DNA of 41,702 nucleotides from IMG/VR virus record IMGVR_UViG_3300034655_000019. One strand, 5' to 3'. This DNA comes from a virus. Made by a program: the position numbers and the translations under genes. The notes under the pieces were generated by a model, which saw nothing but the letters and a program-made list of their open reading frames with translations, did not search any database and was not told the DNA's origin. Positions 32,635 to 39,210 of the stretch are shown here, piece after piece. Every line of letters starts with the position of its first letter. Position 1 is the first letter of the stretch.

Positions 32635-33639
32635 ATGCCTGGAAGTATTTTTGAAAGCGATGCGTTTAGCCTTAAATCCCTAACCGCATCCATTAACGAA
32701 GTGGAATACGCCCCCCGCCGCCTTGGCGAGATGGGCGTATTTGACGCCCAAGGCATTACCACTACGCAAGTCGTTATTGAGAAGGATGGCGACAAGCTGG
32801 CGCTGGTAGAAAACAAGCCGCGCGGTGGCGTTGGCCAAGTCGTGGCAGGCTCCAAGCGTACCGGCGTGCCGTTTATGACGGCGCACCTGCCAACGCGAGC
32901 TACCATCCTGGCCGATGAGGTGCAGAACGTCCGCGCCTTTGGTTCTCAAGATAGCGCCGAACAGCTGCAGGTAGTCATCAATAACCGCTTGGCCATGATG
33001 GCCCGCCGCATTGACGTTACCCATGAGTTTCACCGGGTAGGTGCGGTCAAAGGGCAAGTGATCGATGCCAACGGCACAGTGCTTTATGACCTGTTCCAAG
33101 CCTTCGGGATGACCCAAACCGTGGTGCCGATGGATTTGGGCACCGCCAGTACTGAGCTGCAAGGCAAGTGCCTGGATATTCTCGAAGCCATGGAGCTGGG
33201 GCTGGGCGACCTGTTCTTTGATGGGGCAACGGTCCTGTGTGGTAAGAATTTCTGGCGTAAGTTCATCACTCATAAAGCGGTTAAAACGGCTTATGAGCGC
33301 TGGGAAAACGGCTCACGTTTGCGGGCGGATGGCCGCGAAGCCTTCCCGTTTGGCGGGCTGATGTGGGAGCGCTACCGGGGTACGGTAGGCACCACTAAGT
33401 TTGTTGCCGATGAAGAAGCCTACGCGTTCCCCATGGGTAGCGAAGAGCTGTTCTTGAGCCGCTTCGCACCGGGTGACTATGGTGCAACGGTCAACACGCT
33501 GGGGCTGCCGTTCTACAGTTCTTCCAAGCTGCTTGACCATGATAAGGGGGTAGAGCTGGAAGCGCAGTCCAACCCGGCGCACCTCAACACCCGCCCCAAA
33601 GCCAGCATTAAGCTAGTGTCTGGCGCGACCGCCCCATAG
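32635..33639 (+). CDS. Major capsid protein, lambda gpE family
   Basis: MPGSIFESDAFSLKSLTASINEVEYAPRRLGEMGVFD matches the gpE-family N-terminus; 334 aa. Confidence 0.85.
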   Translation: MPGSIFESDAFSLKSLTASINEVEYAPRRLGEMGVFDAQGITTTQVVIEKDGDKLALVENKPRGGVGQVVAGSKRTGVPFMTAHLPTRATILADEVQNVRAFGSQDSAEQLQVVINNRLAMMARRIDVTHEFHRVGAVKGQVIDANGTVLYDLFQAFGMTQTVVPMDLGTASTELQGKCLDILEAMELGLGDLFFDGATVLCGKNFWRKFITHKAVKTAYERWENGSRLRADGREAFPFGGLMWERYRGTVGTTKFVADEEAYAFPMGSEELFLSRFAPGDYGATVNTLGLPFYSSSKLLDHDKGVELEAQSNPAHLNTRPKASIKLVSGATAP

Positions 33640-33646
33640 GTGGCCT

Positions 33647-33952
33647 ATGGCCTTCTTTGACCAGTACGCCAACCGCCTCAATGAGGCGGTTGTGAAACAC
33701 CTCACCGACGGCCTATGCACCTACACCCCCACCAGCGGCCCCGCGCTGCTGGCGGTGCCGTATCAGCTGGATCTAAGCCACGAAGTTTACGATCAGGACC
33801 AAGTGGCCATGCGTGTGGCCACCATCCTGTTGCCTGTTGAGCGGGTGCCGGAATCCCGGCAGGGCGATACCGTCGCGGTGCCGGGGCGGGCGTGGCGGGT
33901 ACAGCAGGTGCTGGAGGACGATGGCCAGTGGAGGCGGGTGTGGGTCTCCTAA
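33647..33952 (+). CDS. Head-tail adaptor/head completion protein (putative)
   Basis: 101 aa, position after the capsid gene; C-terminal GDTVAVPGRAWRVQQVLEDDG pattern of adaptor proteins. Confidence 0.5.
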   Translation: MAFFDQYANRLNEAVVKHLTDGLCTYTPTSGPALLAVPYQLDLSHEVYDQDQVAMRVATILLPVERVPESRQGDTVAVPGRAWRVQQVLEDDGQWRRVWVS

Positions 33953-33967
33953 CGCCAAGGGGGAAGT

Positions 33968-34570
33968 ATGCCCAACCTACAGTTTGATGTTCGCGAACTG
34001 CAGGAGCTGAAACAGCAGTTCGACCCCAAAGACGTAGAAACTGCTCTAAAGCGTGCGGTGAATGCGGCGTCCAAACAAGCGGCCACCCGCCTAACCAAAG
34101 AGACGTTTAATCGCTATGACGTCAAATCGGGTGATATTCGTAAACGCCTGCGTATTGAGCGGTACCGCCGCGACGTCGACCGCGCCGTTCTCTATACGGG
34201 CCGCCGTTTGCCGCTGGTTCAGTTCAAACCCACTGAGCGCTGGGTGTCTGTGAATCCCAAGCGCCGCGTTCAAAGCGGCCCCCGCAAAGGCAGTATGGCC
34301 CGCCGCCGGGGCGTCAGCGTAAGGATCCGCAAAGACAAAGGGCGGAAACTTGTTCAGGGCGGCTGGTTGGCGAAGGGCCATATCCTGCGGCGTAAAGATA
34401 AAGGGGATACGCAAAGCCAGCCCATCATGCGCTTTGGCCCATCAATCCCCGAAATGGTGGACAACCCGCAAGTGATTGAGTCGGCACAGGATCTAGTGCG
34501 AGAAGTGTTGCCTAAGGAGTTCAGCCGATCACTTGATTACATACTCCGCAAAAAGGCAGGCCTGACATGA
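33968..34570 (+). CDS. Minor tail protein Z-like
   Basis: Architecture parallels lambda gpZ (RAVNAASKQAATRLTKET...RKRLRIER...LPLVQFKP, basic middle, KEFSRSLDYILRK end). Confidence 0.6.
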   Translation: MPNLQFDVRELQELKQQFDPKDVETALKRAVNAASKQAATRLTKETFNRYDVKSGDIRKRLRIERYRRDVDRAVLYTGRRLPLVQFKPTERWVSVNPKRRVQSGPRKGSMARRRGVSVRIRKDKGRKLVQGGWLAKGHILRRKDKGDTQSQPIMRFGPSIPEMVDNPQVIESAQDLVREVLPKEFSRSLDYILRKKAGLT

Positions 34571-34965
34571 CCGACCCGGACATTATCGACGACCTGTTAA
34601 CCCATTTGCGCGAACAGTGCCCAGGCATGGCCACCGTACAAGAAGCGTGGTTTGCCGACCCCATCGACAACTTCGAAGCCCAAACCCCCGCCGCGCTGGC
34701 CTATTTTGCGGAGGATGCCGCCAAAGGCGATGCCCAGACCACGCGCCCGGTGCAGGAAGTACGGCTGACCTACGGCATTTGGCTGGTGTGCAAACGTGAC
34801 CAGTTCAAAGCCCAGCGGCAAGCATTGCGCGAAGCGCTGATGGGGCACGGCTTTAGCCCCCAGCACAACCCGATGCAGTACCGGGGAGGGCAAACGACCG
34901 ACATTCGCGGCGAGCTCATTTGGTGGCGAGAGTTCTGGACCACCGACACCTGGCTGCGCAATTAG
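34567..34965 (+). CDS. Tail completion/terminator-like protein (putative)
   Basis: ATGA coupling; 132 aa; synteny only. Confidence 0.45.
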   Translation: MTDPDIIDDLLTHLREQCPGMATVQEAWFADPIDNFEAQTPAALAYFAEDAAKGDAQTTRPVQEVRLTYGIWLVCKRDQFKAQRQALREALMGHGFSPQHNPMQYRGGQTTDIRGELIWWREFWTTDTWLRN

Positions 34966-34991
34966 CTATCACCACCACTGAACACCCAAAC

Positions 34992-35013
34992 CCCGCCGCG
35001 TGCGGGTTTTTTT
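34992..35013 (+). terminator. Intra-operon terminator-like hairpin
   Basis: CCCGC-cgcgt-GCGGG followed by 7 T. Confidence 0.55.
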
Positions 35014-35031
35014 ATGCCTGGAGGAAACCCC

Positions 35032-35217
35032 ATGCCCAATGCAGGAGGCCGCTACGAAATCCGTGGCGGCAAGCGTGTGCTCGTGCACAACACGCAGCCC
35101 ACGCCCGCCAAGCCCGTCACGGCGGCAACGAAGCAACCCGCCGCACCGGTGAAAACCGATGCAGCACCCAAGCCCGCTAAGGCAGCGGCCAAGCAAGAGG
35201 TAGATACCAATGAGTAA
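35032..35217 (+). CDS. Small Pro/Ala/Lys-rich hypothetical protein
   Basis: GGAGGA RBS before ATG 35032; MPNAGGRYEIRGGKRVLVHN then a low-complexity tail. Confidence 0.45.
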   Translation: MPNAGGRYEIRGGKRVLVHNTQPTPAKPVTAATKQPAAPVKTDAAPKPAKAAAKQEVDTNE

Positions 35218-36157
35218 GCAATGGCGCCGCCGCCTAGCCGTGGTGGCCGTAGAAACCCAGTACGGCGTAGCGCCTGACCCCGCCACCGCCACCATTCTAG
35301 AAGTGGTCATGCTGGATGCAGGCAACCCCTACGCAGGTAACACCGTCGAGCGTGAGCGCATGCGCTACGGCTTCGGCAACTTTGAGCAGATCAACACCGG
35401 CCCCAGCGTTGAGCGCCAAATTCGCGTGCCGTTCTCCGGTTCCGGCACCGCTGGCGAGCCGCCTGCGTATTCCCCACTGCTGCGTGCCTGTGGGCTCTCC
35501 GAAACCATCGACAACACCGTCGATAGCGAAAGCGTCACCTACCAGCCCGTTTCTCAGGGCATGGATAGCGTGACGATCTGGTGGTATGAAGACGGCCAAG
35601 TGCAGGAAATTCGCGGCGCGCGTGGCACCTACGAAATCGGCGCGGATGCCCAAAGCCTACCGTACTGGCAGTTCAACCTAACCGGCCTTTACAGCCGCCC
35701 CGAAAACGCCCCCACTGTGCAGGGCGTAGAAAGCACGATTGCCGGAGAAGTGCCGATCAACAAACAGAACAGCACGTTCACCATGTTCGGCTACCCGGCG
35801 CGCCTGCAAGCGTTTAGCCAAAACGCAGGCAACCAAGTGGAATACCGCAATCTCGTCGGCTACGAAGGCGTACACATCACCGACCGCCGCGTAACGGGCA
35901 ACATCACCATCGAAGCCCCGGCCCTGGCAGACTTCAACGCCTTCGAGAAAGTTGAAAGTCACCAGCTGGTGACCCTGGGTGAAGTCACACTGACCCACGG
36001 CACAGCTCCCGGCAACATCATCAAGGCCGAAGGGCTGCAGGCGCAGGCGGCGAACATCACGCCCAGCGATAACCAAGGCATCATGCACTACGGCATGGAA
36101 ATCCGTTACCTGCCCACCGGCAGCAACGACGACGACGTGAAATACGTCTTCACCTAA
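35210..36157 (+). CDS. Major tail (tube) protein
   Basis: 315 aa, immediately upstream of the chaperone pair and TMP; followed by an attenuator hairpin. Confidence 0.7.
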   Translation: MSKQWRRRLAVVAVETQYGVAPDPATATILEVVMLDAGNPYAGNTVERERMRYGFGNFEQINTGPSVERQIRVPFSGSGTAGEPPAYSPLLRACGLSETIDNTVDSESVTYQPVSQGMDSVTIWWYEDGQVQEIRGARGTYEIGADAQSLPYWQFNLTGLYSRPENAPTVQGVESTIAGEVPINKQNSTFTMFGYPARLQAFSQNAGNQVEYRNLVGYEGVHITDRRVTGNITIEAPALADFNAFEKVESHQLVTLGEVTLTHGTAPGNIIKAEGLQAQAANITPSDNQGIMHYGMEIRYLPTGSNDDDVKYVFT

Positions 36158-36180
36158 CCCAACCAACCAACCAGCCACAC

Positions 36181-36210
36181 CACGCCGTCCAATGGGCGGC
36201 GTGTTTGTTC
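36181..36210 (+). terminator. Terminator/attenuator after the tail tube gene
   Basis: CACGCCG-tccaatggg-CGGCGTG then TTTGTTC. Confidence 0.55.
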
Positions 36211-36238
36211 TACCCCTACCCATTTCAAGGAAAACACC

Positions 36239-36580
36239 ATGTCATTAGTGCTGAAAAAGATCCCCACCACCACCGTGGATGTACCTGTTCAAGTGCCGGG
36301 CGAAGAGAAGCCCGCCACCATCCAAGCCACGTGGAAGCTGCACGACTGGGACACCTACCGCGCTACGGTCGAAGCGCAGCAGAAGGGCGAGAAAAACGAC
36401 GAAGAGCTGCTAGATGATTTGGAAAACGTGAGCGGCATCAAGGACGAAAACGGCAACGACATGCCGTTCAACAAAGAGCTGGTCGAACAGCTCATGCAGG
36501 CCACCTACATTCGCCGCCCGCTGATTCTCAGCTGGTTCGCTGCCCAAGAAGGCCGCAGCCAGGCCGCTGCAAAAAACTAA
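36239..36580 (+). CDS. Tail assembly chaperone (gpG equivalent)
   Basis: 113 aa acidic protein ending at the slippery site; position before the TMP. Confidence 0.75.
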   Translation: MSLVLKKIPTTTVDVPVQVPGEEKPATIQATWKLHDWDTYRATVEAQQKGEKNDEELLDDLENVSGIKDENGNDMPFNKELVEQLMQATYIRRPLILSWFAAQEGRSQAAAKN

Positions 36581-37089
36581 CCGGCGCTGGCCGGTGGTGG
36601 GCGGGTGCCCGGTCGATCAAAGACCACACCGAGGAAGACGCCAAGGCGTGGGGCATCACGCGTAGTAAGCCCCGCGCTCCCGCGCCGGAAACCTACGGCG
36701 TATGGGAGGAACACTGGCCAGCGCTGGAACTGTTTCTCGCCATGCGCACCCAGTGGCGCGTGGTCGCAGGCATGGGCGGCGCCCATCACCAGGGGATTGA
36801 CTACACCGCCCTCTACGGCCACCCCAAGTTCGCCCGACTGGGGTTCGACGAGCAAGACGTGCTGCTGGCGCAGGTGCAGCACATAGAAGCGGGGGCGCTC
36901 GACGCCCTGAGCGAACACCACGCCCTGGCACAGCAGGAGGCCGAAGAGCAGCAGCGAATCACCCAGGCCATCGAGGAACGCGCCGAGCTGAGCTATCAGC
37001 TGGAATGCCAGCAGCGTATCAACGCGCAGGAGCTGATGAATGTGCAGCACCTGCACGCTGGTTATGGCGATGGGGCGTTTGTGGCGTAA
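36239..37089 (+). CDS. Tail assembly chaperone G-T fusion (gpGT equivalent) made by a -1 frameshift at 36571-36577
   Basis: -1 frame reads KKLTGAGRWWAGARSIKDHTEEDAKAWGI...WPALELFLAMRTQW (DUF1799-like), with no independent RBS/start near its beginning. Confidence 0.7.
36571..36577 (+). promoter_or_regulatory. -1 programmed frameshift slippery heptamer A_AAA_AAC
   Basis: Zero-frame gcA AAA AAC taa. The -1 frame is open from here to 37089. Confidence 0.75.
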
Positions 37090-37275
37090 GAGTTTAAATC
37101 TACTTTGACTGAGGCTAGTATGAATGCGCTCCTATCAAATAACGAGGCTCGCCACGCGGGCCATTGAAACACTGGGCCCTGGCTGCCCAGGCATAGCCCA
37201 TGGATGAAAGAAAATTAGCAAAGTTGCCCTTGCTCCTTTATGGTTTTGATGGGAACCATTACAAGGGGAAGGGGC

Positions 37276-38658
37276 ATGGATTGGTCGCTGTATGAGGATC
37301 CTCAGACAGGTCGTTTTAAGCCTAAAAAACTGTCGATTACAAAAAGCCCAATAAAAATCAAAGAAGTGACAGACCTTTACAACATGCGGCAGGACCTTAA
37401 AGGGCTGCCGATGGATGAGGCAAAGCTTGTATTCAAGCAGTTTTTCAATGACGAATATGCCCATGAGCTTGAAGTAGAAGAGCTAGAGGTCGCTTTCAAC
37501 CGGGCAACAAAAGCGACATTGGGCAAGGCGTTCTGTTTCAAGGGGCATTTTTCTGCCATCGAAGAGCTATTGGATATGCACCCAGGGATAGAGTCGATTC
37601 CTCTACCTTTATCAGATGCTCAGACGCACCAAGCGGTGAGGTTTAATCTCATCAAAAGATGGACCCCCACTGACCAAGAAGAGTGGGAGTCATTGCTATT
37701 GGGTGGGTATAAAGCGACAGAACTCAAAGCGATGATGATAGAAAACGGCCTAGAGCCGAAGGGTAGAAAAGCCGACTTGGCCCGTGACTTAGCCGCCTTT
37801 GCGATGTGCAATCCTGAAAAAATGCCTCCGTCTTATGAGTTTTTGCCAGGTGATGAACTTAAGCCTGCCTTACAGGAGGCGATCACCAATATGGTGCGTG
37901 GTTTAAAAGATGAGATCGAAAACCACCCCTACTATTACCAATACATCGCTTGGCAGGAGTTGCTGATGACTTGGCCAAGCTATGATTGGCCCTGGCTTCC
38001 TGAGCTCATAAAATCACATGGTGGAGCCCCTGCGGCGGCGGCAGTGAGCGCTCGCCTCATAGGCCAAAAAGTGTCGTCTAGTGAGCCGTTCGAACCTGAC
38101 GATTGGAAAGGGTCGGCCACTTCCACGGCGCGCCTAGAAATAGCGGTGCCTGAACAAAAGGTTGAGCCGCCCAGCGTCACTTCAACGCCTCAACCAGCAA
38201 AGCCATCTCCTTCGCCAGCGCCCTCAAAGAGCGAGAGCACCTGGGCCGCCAATGACTTTGACGAGCCGATAGAGGTGCTTTTTAAGTATCAAGGCGAGCG
38301 GGATGCAGCCCCTAAAGAAAGGCATGTTCAAATTGAGCGAGTCTCTACGAAAGGCGGCCGCGTATTCCTGAAAGGCATGTGTTTGAAAAGCCAGGGCATG
38401 AAGATGTTTATGGTTGACCGGATTAAGGGGGATATTGTTAGCCCTATTACAGGGGAGCTGGTTAGGCCGAGTGATCATACTCGAGTTGAAATATTGAGAG
38501 AGGCGCTGCAAGCGCTGGCAGTCGCACACCCCGTTGTTACGCCTGTCATCGATGCCCCCGACAATCTGCCACCCGAAGCTCCTGCGCCCAATAAGCCACC
38601 TGGAAAGCTGGGCATTATGCGGCGTTTCTTCAATAAGCTGGGGCTGAAAAATGAATAG
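37276..38658 (+). CDS. SAP-motif + WYL-like domain protein with C-terminal amphipathic helix (moron gene 1)
   Basis: AAGGGGA RBS. SAP-like KATELKAMMIENGLEPKGRKADLARDL; PSA-rich linker. WYL-like ERHVQIERVSTKGGRVFLKGMCLKSQGMKMFMVDRIKGDIVSPITGEL. Terminal KLGIMRRFFNKLGLK. Confidence 0.6.
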   Translation: MDWSLYEDPQTGRFKPKKLSITKSPIKIKEVTDLYNMRQDLKGLPMDEAKLVFKQFFNDEYAHELEVEELEVAFNRATKATLGKAFCFKGHFSAIEELLDMHPGIESIPLPLSDAQTHQAVRFNLIKRWTPTDQEEWESLLLGGYKATELKAMMIENGLEPKGRKADLARDLAAFAMCNPEKMPPSYEFLPGDELKPALQEAITNMVRGLKDEIENHPYYYQYIAWQELLMTWPSYDWPWLPELIKSHGGAPAAAAVSARLIGQKVSSSEPFEPDDWKGSATSTARLEIAVPEQKVEPPSVTSTPQPAKPSPSPAPSKSESTWAANDFDEPIEVLFKYQGERDAAPKERHVQIERVSTKGGRVFLKGMCLKSQGMKMFMVDRIKGDIVSPITGELVRPSDHTRVEILREALQALAVAHPVVTPVIDAPDNLPPEAPAPNKPPGKLGIMRRFFNKLGLKNE

Positions 38659-39142
38659 CATGCGATGCTTCGCTTTGTTTCTGGGCTTCCCTGTCTTTGC
38701 TATGGCAGATTGCGGTAATCCTGAGTGTGTAGCGGTAGAGTATTTCAAGGCTCATATAAGCCAAGATGTAGAGACACTTTACACACTAACGGTAGAGTCA
38801 AAGCGAGGTGATTTAGAAGAATTTGCGGACTCGTACTACGAGATGCACTACACACCTTCCGTATTTAAAGAGTACTGGGAGGAAAATGCTCATATTGAAG
38901 TTGCTGGTGTTGAGACAGGTGACAAAGTTTCAAGGGTCAATATTGAGGGGCGCTATCCTGACTGGATTAGCGTTGCCACCGACCGGACGATGATGGGGAA
39001 AGACCTTATTTCGGATAGCGATTGGCTTTCTTTTGTTGACGCGCTGGAAAATATGGATGTTGAAATGATTACTCAGTATGACGATGTTTTTCTTATCCAT
39101 GACGAGGGACGCTGGCGCGTCTTAAGGCCTGTTTTCCATTAA
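38651..39142 (+). CDS. Secreted NTF2/DUF4878-like protein (moron gene 2)
   Basis: Signal peptide MNSMRCFALFLGFPVFAMA, Cys right after (ADCGNPECVAVEYFKAHISQD); 8-nt overlap with gene 1. Confidence 0.55.
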   Translation: MNSMRCFALFLGFPVFAMADCGNPECVAVEYFKAHISQDVETLYTLTVESKRGDLEEFADSYYEMHYTPSVFKEYWEENAHIEVAGVETGDKVSRVNIEGRYPDWISVATDRTMMGKDLISDSDWLSFVDALENMDVEMITQYDDVFLIHDEGRWRVLRPVFH

Positions 39143-39163
39143 CTGATCAACTTGATTAAATGT

Positions 39164-39186
39164 GCCCGCCACGTGCGGGCTTTTTT
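39164..39186 (+). terminator. Rho-independent terminator closing the moron cassette
   Basis: GCCCGC-cacgt-GCGGGC + TTTTTT. Confidence 0.8.
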
Positions 39187-39210
39187 GTGCCCGCAATTTG
39201 AGGTGGCCCC

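Noticed and set aside
36605-36886. 93-aa ORF in the zero frame downstream of the chaperone stop
   Set aside because: It is an Arg/Pro/Thr-rich off-frame reading of the T (DUF1799-like) region, which is better explained by the -1 frameshift product.
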